NCBI GenBank assembly: GCA_963766715.1
Contig: CAVYBH010000017.1
Coordinates: 1 to 64,000 of the forward strand
Reading direction: 5' to 3'
Origin: an uncultured delta proteobacterium
GTDB lineage: Bacteria; Myxococcota; Myxococcia; Myxococcales; Anaeromyxobacteraceae
Length of the DNA: 64,000 bases
The notes beneath the pieces are model-generated. The model did no database searches. It saw only the letters and a program-made list of their open reading frames with translations, and had not been told where the DNA came from. Shown piece by piece: positions 45,615 through 55,660 of the stretch (position 1 is the first letter of the stretch; every line of letters begins with the position of its first letter). The position numbers were made by a program, and so were the translations under genes.

Positions 45615-45791
45615 ATGCCAATCCCGCACCTGAAGCCGAACGATGGCATCTACTGCCCGGTCTGCAATCGCAAGGTCCGGCTCACGGTCCCGCCACCGAA
45701 GGGGCTGACCGACCCGTTGCGCGGCTCGGAGTTGGCGCGGGTCCAGGCGCACTGGGCGAACCCGATGAGGGAAACGAGGCCGGGGAACTAG
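45615..45791 (+). CDS. Small CxxC (zinc-ribbon-like) protein
   Basis: MPIPHLKPNDGIYCPVCNRKVRLTVPPP. Confidence 0.55.
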   Translation: MPIPHLKPNDGIYCPVCNRKVRLTVPPPKGLTDPLRGSELARVQAHWANPMRETRPGN

Positions 45792-45803
45792 TAGTTCTCG
45801 AAC

Positions 45804-46106
45804 GTGAAGGTCAGCTCCGAGACTATTCCGCAGGCGCTGCCGCTGCCTGAGGCGTTCCACGATGGGAAGTGGCGACTCTTGAAGGACGACGGCTCCGGTC
45901 TCGTCGGGACAGGCCTCTTCGACAAGGGCTGCGGGCCTCCCGTCGAGGGCCAGGACGAAGTCTGGGAGGCATGGCAACACGGGTGGCGGCGAAAGGTCGC
46001 CGCATCGGTGAGGACTGGCATCTGCCCCAAGTGCGGCTCTCCCGGGAAGTCCACGGGAACGGAAGGCGTGTGGTTCTGCGAGAACATGCACAAGGATACC
46101 CCATGA
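45804..46106 (+). CDS. Hypothetical protein with C-terminal CxxC...C..H motif
   Basis: CPKCGSPGKSTGTEGVWFCENMH. Confidence 0.5.
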   Translation: MKVSSETIPQALPLPEAFHDGKWRLLKDDGSGLVGTGLFDKGCGPPVEGQDEVWEAWQHGWRRKVAASVRTGICPKCGSPGKSTGTEGVWFCENMHKDTP

Positions 46107-46120
46107 AACCCTTGCAATAC

Positions 46121-46197
46121 TGGTGACCCCGGCGTGACTCGAACACGCGACCTGCGGTTTAGGAAACCGCCGCTCTATCCACCTGAGCTACGGGGCC
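46121..46197 (-). tRNA. tRNA-Arg(CCT)
   Basis: GGCCCCG TAGCTCAGGTGGATAGAGC G GCGGT TTCCTAA ACCGC AGGTC GCGTG TTCGAGT CACGC CGGGGTC ACCA cloverleaf, 77 nt. Confidence 0.97.
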
Positions 46198-46318
46198 TTG
46201 CTCGGAATTCCGCTAGTTACATCGTGTCCGCAGAAACCGCAATCGCTTCGGGATGGACCTCGACGCTGCCGCGGCCGGCGATTGGCGGTGGGCCTGCCGG
46301 TTCCGCTAGGATTCCGCG

Positions 46319-46985
46319 GTGCCCCGGGAGCCCTTCCTTCGTTCGCGCGCAGGCCGCGTGGCCCTGCTGGCGATGCTCGCGGTCGACATCTTCATCATCC
46401 CGGTCCTGCTGACGCTCGACGTCATCCCGATGCGGGTCGGCGACGTCGTCTTCGCGGCCACGATGGTGGTGGCCATCAGCGCCATGGGGACGGGCAAGGG
46501 ACGGCGACTGGTCCTGGCCGTGGCGCTGGCCGCGTTCGTCGTCCAGTTCTTCCGGTTCGTGGAGAAGAACCACGTCCTCGTCGTCATCGACGCGGCCCTC
46601 TCCGCGCTCGCCATGGCGACCTTCGCGGGGATGGTGCTCGTCGACGTCTTCCGGCAGGAACCCGTGCCCGACCGGCTGCTCGACGTGATCCTCGCGTACC
46701 TGCTCATCGGCACCATGTTCGCGTTCGTCTACGAGGCGGTGAACGTCCTCCGTCCCGGGCTCCCTCACCCTCGACGGCCGCGACGTCACCCCCGCCGGCT
46801 ACGTCTACTTCAGCTTCACCACCATGACGAGCGTCGGCTTCGGGGACGCACTTCCCATGAAGCCCGTGTCCCGGGCCATCGCCATGGCCCAGGCGCTCAC
46901 CGGCCAGCTCTACGTCGCCGTCCTCATCGCCCGCTTCGTCGGCGCCAGGCACCGCCCGGCCGGGCGGGATGGCGCGGCCTCGTAA
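46319..46985 (+). CDS. Potassium-channel-family membrane protein (frameshift near 46758)
   Basis: TM helices, then YFSFTTMTSVGFGD pore/filter and GQLYVAVLIARFV in the shifted frame. Confidence 0.8.
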
Positions 46986-47047
46986 AGTGGGCCACACGCC
47001 CCATCTGGCGCGGTTTTCTGGTCGCACTCCCCGATAATCTCCCTCGG

Positions 47048-48169
47048 ATGGCGGCAGCGGAGGCGGCGGTCCACAGGGACGGCGATGGCACACTCGCGGT
47101 CCGGGTGTCCGGCGACTGGTCGCTCCAGGCCGAGGCGCCGTCTCCCCTCGCCATCGAGAAGGAGGTCCGGGACGATCCCCCGAAGCGCCTCGTCTTCCAG
47201 GCGAGCGCGCTGGGCCGGTGGGATTCCGCCCTCGTCTCCTTCCTGGCCTCCATCGCCGAGGTGGCCCGCGAGGAGTCGCTGGCGGTGGAGACGACCGGCC
47301 TGCCCAAGGGGCTCCAGCACCTGCTCGCGCTCGCAGCGGGGCCCCGCCGCCCCATTCCCCCTCCCCCTCCGCACCAGCCCCTGCCCACGCGGATCGGGGT
47401 CGCCGGCATCGACTTCGGCGCACACGCCACGGGAATGCTGGACTTCGTCGGCCGCGCCTCGCTCGCGGTCTGGGGCGTCCTCATCGGCCGGGGCCACTTC
47501 GAGCGGCGCGACTTCTGGCTCCTGATCGAGCAGACCGGGGGCGCCGCCCTGCCGCTCGTCGCGGTCATCAACTTCCTGGTGGGCGCGGTCCTCGCCTTCC
47601 TGGGAGCGGTCCAGCTCGAGCAGTTCAACGCCACCATCTACGTGGCCAACCTGGTGGGCGTGGGGTCGGTCCGGGAGACCGGCGCCCTGATGACCGGCAT
47701 CGTCATGGCGGGGCGCACCGGGGCCTCGTTCGCGGCCGTGCTCGGCACGATGACCGTGAACTCGGAGGTCGACGCCCTCGAGACCATGAACTTCCCGCCG
47801 ATGGAGTTCCTGGTCGCGCCCCGCATCCTGGCGATGATCCTCATGATGCCGCTGCTCGTCCTGTACGCGGACCTCTTCGGGATCCTGGGCGGCTACGTGG
47901 TGGCGGTCGGACTGCTCCACCTGACCCCGGCGCTCTACCTGACCCAGACCCGCGAGGCCATGGTGTTCGGCGACGTGATGGTCGGCCTGCTGAAGGCTCC
48001 CGCCTTCGGCGCCGTGGTGGCGCTCGCCGGGACCTACTTCGGCATGACGACCGGGCGGACGGCGTCCTCGGTGGGCACCTCCACCACCCGGGCGGTGGTC
48101 TCCGGCATCCTGCTCGTCATCGTCGTCGACGCGATCCTCACCGTCTTCTTCTACGCGGTTCACCTCTAG
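47048..48169 (+). CDS. mlaE: MlaE-family ABC permease with N-terminal STAS-like domain
   Basis: RETGALMTGIVMAGRTG, EVDALETM, PRILA, VGTSTTRAVV. Confidence 0.88.
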   Translation: MAAAEAAVHRDGDGTLAVRVSGDWSLQAEAPSPLAIEKEVRDDPPKRLVFQASALGRWDSALVSFLASIAEVAREESLAVETTGLPKGLQHLLALAAGPRRPIPPPPPHQPLPTRIGVAGIDFGAHATGMLDFVGRASLAVWGVLIGRGHFERRDFWLLIEQTGGAALPLVAVINFLVGAVLAFLGAVQLEQFNATIYVANLVGVGSVRETGALMTGIVMAGRTGASFAAVLGTMTVNSEVDALETMNFPPMEFLVAPRILAMILMMPLLVLYADLFGILGGYVVAVGLLHLTPALYLTQTREAMVFGDVMVGLLKAPAFGAVVALAGTYFGMTTGRTASSVGTSTTRAVVSGILLVIVVDAILTVFFYAVHL

Positions 48170-48178
48170 GAACGCACC

Positions 48179-48951
48179 GTGCCCGCCCCCTCCCTCCCCC
48201 GACACCGACCTCGTGACCGTGGAGGGGATGACCATGGCCTACGGGGACTTCGTGGTGCAGCGGGACGTCTCCTTCACCATCCGGCGCGGCACGGTCTTCG
48301 TGGTGATGGGCGACAGCGGCAGCGGGAAGAGCACGCTCATGCGCCACATGATCGGCCTGGATCGTCCGCGGAGCGGGGACGTCCGGTACGACGGGACGCC
48401 CTACTGGGGCTCCTCCGAGGCCGAGCAGCGTCGCCTCCGCCAGCGCTTCGGCGTGCTCTTCCAGGGCGCCGGCCTCCTCAGCTCGATGACCCTCTCCGAG
48501 AACATCTCCCTCCCGCTGCTGCAGCACCTGAAGGTGCCCCGCGAGGAGGCTCGCGAGGTCTCGGTCACCAAGCTCTCCCTGGTGGGACTGGGCGGGTTCG
48601 AGGACAGCTATCCGTCGGAGGTGAGCGGCGGCATGCGCAACCGGGCCGGGCTGGCGCGCGCCCTGGCCCTCGATCCCGACATCCTCTTCCTCGACGAGCC
48701 GTCGGCCGGCCTCGACCCGCTCTCGGCACGCCACCTCGACGACCTGATCCTCGAGCTCCGGGCCAGCCTCGGCACGACGTTCGTCGTCATCACCCACGAG
48801 CTGCCGAGCATCTTCGCCATCGCCGACGACAGCATCTTCCTCGACGGGGAGCGGCACATGATGATGGGACACGGTCCGCCGAAGGAGATGGCGGCGCAAC
48901 ACGACGGATCCGAAGGTCAAGGCCTTCCTGGAACGGGGGCAGTACCCATGA
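48179..48951 (+). CDS. mlaF: MlaF-family ABC ATPase (frameshifts at both ends)
   Basis: GDSGSGKS, SGGMRNR, LFLDEPSAGLDP, ITHEL. Confidence 0.88.
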
Positions 48952-49899
48952 CGAGAGCGAACCCCAAGGTCGTGGGCGGCTTCATCATCGGGGGGACGAT
49001 GCTCCTCCTGGTGGCGATCGCCGCGCTCGTCTCCGGAAAGTTCTTCACCCACAACACCACGTTCGTCTCCTTCTTCCCGGAGTCGGTGCGCGGCCTCCAG
49101 ATCGGCTCCCCGGTCACCTTCCGGGGCGTCCCGCTCGGCCAGGTGACGGCCATCGAGGCCTTCATGGCCCCCGGCGGCGCGGGCATCAACATCGAGGTCA
49201 CCTTCGAGGTGAACCTCGATCGCATCCACGGCACGGACGGCGGGGCGAACCAGCTCCAGGGCATGAGCGCGACGGCCGCCGCCAAGCTGCTCGGCGAGCA
49301 GGGGCTGCGGGCCCAGCTGCAGGCCACCAGCCTCGTCACCGGCCAGCTCTACATCGACCTCGACTTCCACCCCGACCAGCCCCCGCGCATGCTGGACGTG
49401 CCCGCCCCCTACCCCCAGATCCCCACCTCGCCCACCAAGCTCCAGGTCCTGGGCGACCGGATCGAGAAGCTGGCCACCGTCATCTCCGACCTGCCCTTCG
49501 ACCAGATCGCCAACGAGCTCTCCCAGACGCTCGTCGCCATCCGCGACCTGGCCCGGTCCCCGGAGATCCGGCAGGTCCTCGTCTCGGCGGGAGGCGCGGG
49601 CAAGGACCTCTCCAAGACCTTCGCGAACGTCGATCGGCTGGTGAACGAGCTCCGGAGCAAGGTGGGCGAGGCCGACGTGAGGCAGATCGTGAGCGACCTG
49701 CACGGGACGCTGGATGCGGCGGAGAAGGGTCTCGTCCAGATCCAGGTCGACCCTCGCGAACACGTCGGGCGCCCAGCGAGAGTTCTCCCACACCCTCTCG
49801 GAGATCTCCCGGGCCGCCGCGGCGGTCCGCGTCCTCGCCGAGTACCTGGAGCGCAACCCGTCCTCCCTCGTGGCGGGGAAGCCGGCGCCGGCCAAGTGA
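48948..49899 (+). CDS. MCE/MlaD-domain protein (frameshift near 49748)
   Basis: SVRGLQIGSPVTFRGV, GLRAQL, SLVTGQLYIDL; ends LAEYLERNPSSLVAGK. Confidence 0.85.
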
Positions 49900-49907
49900 G
49901 GAACCCC

Positions 49908-50509
49908 ATGCGACGCGTCTCCCCGATCCTGGCTGCGCTGCTCGCTCCTCTCGACGGCGTGCTTCGGCACCTCCCCGCCGTCCAAGTTCTACGTGCTCTC
50001 TCCCAGCCCGGCCGGCGCGTCGGCGCGTCCCCTCGACGGGACCGGACGGCGCCCTGGGCATCATGCCGACGCGGGTGGCGGCCTACCTCGACGGGCCGCA
50101 GATCGTCACGTTCCTGGGGAACAACGAGGTCGCCCTGGACGAGTACAACCGATGGGCCGAGCCCGTCAGCGCGGGGGTCTCCCGGGTGCTCGCCCAGAAC
50201 CTCTCCGCGCTCCTGCCGACCTGGCGGGTGCTGCCCCAGCCCTGGGACCCCATCGTCCCGCTCCGCGCACGCGTGCTGGTCGAGATCACCGCGCTGGGCT
50301 GGAACAAGGCCGGCGAGGCGCGGCTCGAAGGCAACTGGGCCGTCGTCGTCGGCCAGAACGACCTGGCCGTGGCCCGCGGCCGCGCGGTCCTGCGGCGGGA
50401 GATCGCCGGCTCGGGTCCGGACGCCGGCGTCGCCGCCACGAGCGCGCTCCTCGACGACATGGCGAGGGAGATCGCCATCGCCGTGCGTGCGGTTCCCCCG
50501 GCGAAGTGA
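49908..50509 (+). CDS. PqiC-family ABC auxiliary lipoprotein (frameshifted)
   Basis: YLDGPQIV, EYNRWAEP, VLAQNLS, ARLEGNW; last gene of the MCE operon. Confidence 0.8.
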
Positions 50510-50526
50510 GCGCCGGGGCGCGGCCC

Positions 50527-50919
50527 TCACTTCCGGAGGATGCGCAGCGCCGCCGCCGGCGCGTCGACCGCCAGGAACAGGCTCACCTGGCTGGCGCTGT
50601 GCGCCGTCCCCACGTACCCGTAGTGGATGTTGATCCCTGCGGCGCCGAGCTTGTCGGCGACCCGGGCCAGCGCGCCCGGCCGGTCGGAGATCCGGACCTC
50701 GACCAGCTCGTCGACGGTGGTCTTCCATCCCTGGGCCTGGAAGACCTTGCGGGCGACCGCCGGGCGATCGACCACCAGCCGGACGAATCCCTTCCCTCCC
50801 AGGCTGGAGGCCATGAAGGCCCGGATGTCCACCTTCTTCGCCCCGAGCGCCTCGGCGACCGCACCGAGCGTTCCAGGACGGTCCTCGACCCACGCGGAGA
50901 TCTGCTTGACCTTGGGCAT
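50527..50919 (-). CDS. Tandem ACT-domain protein
   Basis: EDRPGTLG and SDRPGALA repeats, INIHYGY. Confidence 0.85.
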   Translation of the reverse strand: MPKVKQISAWVEDRPGTLGAVAEALGAKKVDIRAFMASSLGGKGFVRLVVDRPAVARKVFQAQGWKTTVDELVEVRISDRPGALARVADKLGAAGINIHYGYVGTAHSASQVSLFLAVDAPAAALRILRK

Positions 50920-50950
50920 GGGGGTCCCTTAGCGGGGGGCCGATCCGGTC

Positions 50951-52123
50951 TCAACCCCGCGAGGCCGCTTTCTCGCGCCGTCCCTCGCCGAAGAACTCCT
51001 CGACCTCCCGGCGGCGGGCCAGGGTGTCCTCGTAGCCCAGCTCGAGCAGCCTCCCGACGTAGACCGGCTCGAAGGCCAGGTAGCTGAGCAGGTCGGAGCC
51101 CGTCTCGGCCTGGGCGCCGATGCCGGAGAGCAGGTAGCGGAGGAAGCGGGGAAAGCGCCGGTACTGATCCCCCGCCAGCATGGCCCAGGTCCCGCGAGGG
51201 TCGGAGCACGAGCGTCGGGATGACCCGGAGCCTTCCCGGCGCATCGGCTCCGCGCGCCGGGCGGCAATCGCGCCACCAGGCCGTTCACCATCTCGAGGCG
51301 CTCCACGTCCGCCTCGATGGTCTCCAGGAACACGGCGTTCAGGAGCGTGCCGGCGATCTGGGACGGGGCGAGCACGTCGCGACGGGCCGGACGGCGCACC
51401 GGCGTGAGCTCGTCCGGCTCGCGCCAGCGGCGGACGCCGATGACCAGGAGCCGCTCCGCGCCCATGTGGATGGCCGGCGACAGCGGTGCGGTCATGCGCA
51501 CGCTGCCGTCGCCGTACCAGGCGCCCTGGATGCGGACCGGGCGGGAAGAAGATGGGGATGGAGGCCGAGGCCATGATGTGGTCGAGCCGGATCTGGGTCC
51601 GCACCCCCACCCGCGTGGCCCGCACCCAGGGCTGGATGTCCTCGGCCCCGTCGAAGAAGGTGACCGCCACGTTGGTGGCGTAGCTCGTGGCGGTGACGGC
51701 GAAGCCGCGGATGGCGCCCGAGGCGATGTTCCGCCGGAGGTCGGCGAGCGGGAGCCGCTCGTGGAGGAAGTCGCGCAGCGGCGTGGCGTCGAGCAGGAAG
51801 TTGATCCGGCTGCGCTGGAAGAAGCCGCCGGCCGACAGGTCGCGCATCCAGCGCCCGCCGATGCCCAGCATGCGCACGCCGTCGGTCCGGAAGACGCGCT
51901 CGGGCGAGAGCTCGAGCCAGAGCTCCCGGAGCCGGCGCGAGGCCTCGTCGAAGTCGCCGCGCCAGGCGCCCAGGAAGGCGGCGTTGAGGCCTCCCGCCGA
52001 CATCCCGCAGATGGTGCCGAACGGCATGGCGCCACGCGGAAGGATCTCGGCGACCGCACGCAGGACGCCCGCCTGGTACGCCGCCCTCGCTCCGCCTCCG
52101 GTGAGCACGAGTCCTACATGCAC
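50951..52123 (-). CDS. Patatin-like phospholipase (frameshifts)
   Basis: LTGGGARAAYQAG, GMSAG nucleophile elbow, MASASIP, YGDGS. Confidence 0.88.
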   Translation of the reverse strand: MHVGLVLTGGGARAAYQAGVLRAVAEILPRGAMPFGTICGMSAGGLNAAFLGAWRGDFDEASRRLRELWLELSPERVFRTDGVRMLGIGGRWMRDLSAGGFFQRSRINFLLDATPLRDFLHERLPLADLRRNIASGAIRGFAVTATSYATNVAVTFFDGAEDIQPWVRATRVGVRTQIRLDHIMASASIPIFFPPGPHPGRLVRRRQRAHDRTAVAGHPHGRGAAPGHRRPPLARAGRAHAGAPSGPSRRARPVPDRRHAPERRVPGDHRGGRGAPRDGERPGGAIAARRAEPMRREGSGSSRRSCSDPRGTWAMLAGDQYRRFPRFLRYLLSGIGAQAETGSDLLSYLAFEPVYVGRLLELGYEDTLARRREVEEFFGEGRREKAASRG

Positions 52124-52364
52124 GCACGCGGAGGGTATCACCGGCTCCCCGCCGCGTCACCGGCCCGCCCGGATCGAGGCCCGGCGGCGCCCCTCCTCCC
52201 CCGCTGGCGGGATGGGGAGATGTGCGCCTGCGCATGTTCCTGTCAGTGAACGGTATCGCGCCTCCCCCATTTTACCGTGAGTCGATGTAGGAGCGGGTGC
52301 GAGCATTCCTCGTCCCTGCTGCGGGGTACTGGCGGACCGCGCGGAAATGCCGCAAACATGGGCC

Positions 52365-52736
52365 ATGCAGAACACCACGCGATGCATCTCCCTCGACGCC
52401 GAGACCGTTCACCTCCAGTCCGAGCACGAGGTCGACAGCGCCATCGACACCGTGGTGACCTTCGCCTTCGGCAACGCCGAGCCGCTGGACCGCTACCTGT
52501 TCCGGATCCGCGCCGCGCTGCCTTCTCGACCCACGGTGAAGGAGCTGGTCGAGGCGGTCTTCACCACCCGGCGCGAGCTCGGCCCCATCACCGACGAGCG
52601 GCTCCGCCGCGAGAACGCCGCGCTGGCCATGGCCGCCTTCCTCTCCGCCGATCCGGCCGAGCTCGGCCTCGAGGCGGCGATGTTCCGCCTGGGCGCCGAG
52701 GTCTGGCTGACGCCGAGCCGGACGCCCCCGAGCTGA
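52365..52736 (+). CDS. Hypothetical protein
   Basis: Strong host-like GC3 codon bias; no recognised motif. Confidence 0.65.
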   Translation: MQNTTRCISLDAETVHLQSEHEVDSAIDTVVTFAFGNAEPLDRYLFRIRAALPSRPTVKELVEAVFTTRRELGPITDERLRRENAALAMAAFLSADPAELGLEAAMFRLGAEVWLTPSRTPPS

Positions 52737-52747
52737 CGGCCGGCCGC

Positions 52748-53930
52748 TCAGCCCGCGGCGGAGAGCGCACCCTCCACCGCGCGGACCACCGCCGGGATCT
52801 CGTCCGGGTGGTTGGGCCAGTGCGGCGAGAAGCGCAGCACGCCGTCCGGCGTCGAGCAGGCGACCCCTCGCGACGCGAGCTCGCGGACGAGGGACGAGGC
52901 CCGGCGGCCCGGCGGCGGCTCCACCGAGAGGATCCCGGAGCGCCCCTCCGGGCGGGCCGATCGCAGGCTGCGGAAGCCCCGCGCCGATGAGCTCCGGCTC
53001 GAGGCGGTCCAGGTAGGCGGTCACGTGCCGCTCGACGGCCGGGATTCCCAGCCCCAGCAGGACCTCCAGCGAGGCGAGGAACGCCGCCATGGCCACCTCG
53101 GGCAGGCCTCCCCCCTCGACGAGGTCGGCGCGGCGCCGGATGGGGCGGTCGTAGCGCACGAGACCCGGCCCCTCGACGAGGAAGCGCACCGGATCCTCGT
53201 GGGACAGCCAGCTGGCCGTCCGGGGGACGAGCGCGCCCACCCGCTCCGGCCGGACCCAGAGGAAGCCCGCGCCGAGGACCCCCATGAGCCACTTGTGGGC
53301 CCCGGCGGCCAGGTAGTCGATCCCCCGCACGTCGACCGGCAGGCAGCCTGCGCCCTGCACCGCGTCCACGAAGATCTCGGCGCCGGCGGCGGCGCAGCGG
53401 GACGCCATCCCGGCGATCGGCATCCGCAGGCCGCTCCGGAACTGGACGGCGCTGACGGCCAGGAGCCGGGCCCCGCGGGCGAGCTCCCGGTCGAGATGGG
53501 AGAGCCCTTCCTCCTCCGAGCGCAGGAAGGGCTCGAGCGGGATCCAGCCAATCTCGAGCTCGAAGAGCGCGGCGGCCTGCTGCCACGGGGTGACGTTGGC
53601 GGGAAACTCCCCGTCCACGAGCAGGATCCGGTCGCCGCGCCGCCAGGGGAAGTCGAGCGCGATCGCCTGGATGCCCGAGCTGGTGTTGGTGGTGAGCGCC
53701 ACGTCCTCGGGACGGCCGCCCAGGAGCTCGGCGACGCGCGCCCGGAGCCGGACCTTCCGCTCCACCGCGGCGCCCACCGCCGCGCCGCCGCGCCGGGCGA
53801 AGTCGTCGACGGCCGCGCCGATGGCCTGGCGAACGGGCTCGGACGGGGGCGAGATCCCGGCGTGGTTCAGGTAGGCCCGGGGCTCGAGGAGCGGGAAGAG
53901 CGAGCGGTCGCCGAGCCGGGGCGCGGTCAC
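52748..53930 (-). CDS. Class V PLP aminotransferase / cysteine desulfurase-like (frameshift near 52980)
   Basis: YLNHAG, NTSSG, EFPANV, VDAVQG, HKWLMG; C-terminal LRFSPH in another frame. Confidence 0.85.
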
Positions 53931-54703
53931 TGCGCGGTGTATCCGCCGTCCATGACCGCCACCGATCCGGTGATGCCGGCGGCCGCCTCGGACACCAGGA
54001 AGAGCGCGTAGCCGACGACCTCGTCGACCTGGAGCAGCCGTCGCATGGGCACGAGCGGGTAGATGACCTCCTCGAGCACCTTCTCGAGGGGCACGTTCCG
54101 GGTGCGCGCCAGGTCGGCGAGCTGGTTGCGCACGAGCGGCGTGTCGACGTACCCGGGCGCGAGCGCGTTCACCGTCACGCCGTGGGCGGCGCCCTCCAGG
54201 GCGGTCACCCGGGTCAGGCCAATCACCCCGTGCTTGGCGCTGTTGTAGGCCGCCTTGCCGGCGAAGCCGACCAGGCCGTTGATGGAGGCGACGTTCAGGA
54301 TCCGGCCGCTGCCCTGCCGCTTCATGATCGGGAAGACCTTCTTGATGGCGTAGAAGGGGCCGAAGAGCATGACGCGGACGAGCAGCTCGAACCGGGCGGA
54401 CGGGAAGTCCTCGACGGGCGACACGTGCTGGAGCCCGGCGTTGTTCACCAGGATGTCCAGCCTGCCGTGCGCGGCCAGCGTGGCGTCGATGGCCTCGCCC
54501 AGCGCGTCCTCGCGCCCCACGTCGGCCGCCAGCCCCAGGGCGCCGCGCCCAATCCGGCCAGCGGCCGCACGGGCCGCAGCCCCGTCGAGGTCGGCGATGG
54601 CCACCCTCGCCCCCTCCTGCGCGAGCATCTCGGCCATGCGGAACCCGATGCCCCCGGCTGCACCGGTGACGAACGCCACCTTCCCCTCGAACCTCTCGGC
54701 CAT
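53927..54703 (-). CDS. 3-hydroxybutyrate dehydrogenase (SDR)
   Basis: TGAAGGIG, NNAGLQHV, YNSAKHG, PGYVDTPLVRNQ, DGGYTAQ. Confidence 0.88.
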   Translation of the reverse strand: MAERFEGKVAFVTGAAGGIGFRMAEMLAQEGARVAIADLDGAAARAAAGRIGRGALGLAADVGREDALGEAIDATLAAHGRLDILVNNAGLQHVSPVEDFPSARFELLVRVMLFGPFYAIKKVFPIMKRQGSGRILNVASINGLVGFAGKAAYNSAKHGVIGLTRVTALEGAAHGVTVNALAPGYVDTPLVRNQLADLARTRNVPLEKVLEEVIYPLVPMRRLLQVDEVVGYALFLVSEAAAGITGSVAVMDGGYTAQ

Positions 54704-54720
54704 CGCGTGCCTCGCAATCC

Positions 54721-55660
54721 TCAGCGCGAGCGCTGCAGGAGCGCCCGGATCTCGCCCACCACGCCCTTCCGGAAGGCCATCACCATGACCACGAAGACGC
54801 CTCCCGTGATGACCGTGACCCACGAGCCGAGGCTCGCGAGATAGTTCTCCATCGTCACGACGAGCAGCGCGCCGACCGACGGCCCGAGCACCGTCCCCAT
54901 GCCTCCCAGCAGGGTCATGAGCACCACCTCGCCGCTCCGCTGCCAGGCCACGTCGCCCAGCGTGGCGAACTGCAGGGCGATGGCCTTCAGGGAGCCGGCC
55001 AGGCCGGCCAGCGACGCCGAGATGACGAAGGCCATCAGCTTGTAGCGCTGGACGTCGTAGCCCAGCGAGATCGCCCGCGGCTCGTTCTCCCGGATGGCCC
55101 GCAGCACCTGCCCGAAGGGCGAGTCGATGGTGCGCTGGATGAGCCAGAACGCGCCCAGGAAGACCGCGTAGGTGAAGTAGTACATCGCGAACGAGTTGCC
55201 CAGGTCCAGGATCCCGAGGAGCTTGCCGCGCGGGATCCCCTGCAGGCCGTCCTCGCCGCCCGGTCCAGGGCATCTGCACGACGAGGAAGTAAATCACCTG
55301 CGCGAGCCCGAGCGTGATCATCGCGAAGTAGATGCCGGAGCGCCGGAGCGCCAGCACGCCGAAGACGAGCCCCAGCACGGTGGCCACGGCGACCCCGGCG
55401 GCCATGGAGGAGAGGACGCCCAGTCCCCACGACTTGGCCGCCCACCCGGTGACGTAGGCCGCCGATCCCAGGAAGGCTGCGTGGCCGAAGGAGAGGAGCC
55501 CGGAGTACCCGAGGAGCAGGTTGAAGGCGCTCGCGAAGAGCGCCATCACGAGCACGTTCATCGCGAAGACGGGGTAGACCACGAAGGGCGCCGCGACGCC
55601 GATGGCGAAGAGCGTCGCCCACCCCATGAAGATGGTTTGCCCCTTCCAGACCCGGCTCAC
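54721..55660 (-). CDS. livM: Branched-chain-type ABC permease (frameshift near 55262)
   Basis: GYSGLLSFGHAAF, GIYFAMITL, SPFG, AIRENE, LLGGMGT. Confidence 0.88.

Larger units (their letters stand above)
38225..46161. mobile_element. Genomic island integrated in tRNA-Arg(CCT)
   Basis: Flanking 41-bp direct repeats, visibly lower GC and weaker codon bias, integrase remnant, small orphan ORFs. Confidence 0.88.

Noticed and set aside
46319..50633. Apparent K-channel-MlaE and MlaF-MlaD fusions
   Set aside because: Frameshift read-through; each gene has its own stop and start (TAA 46985, ATGA 48948-48951).
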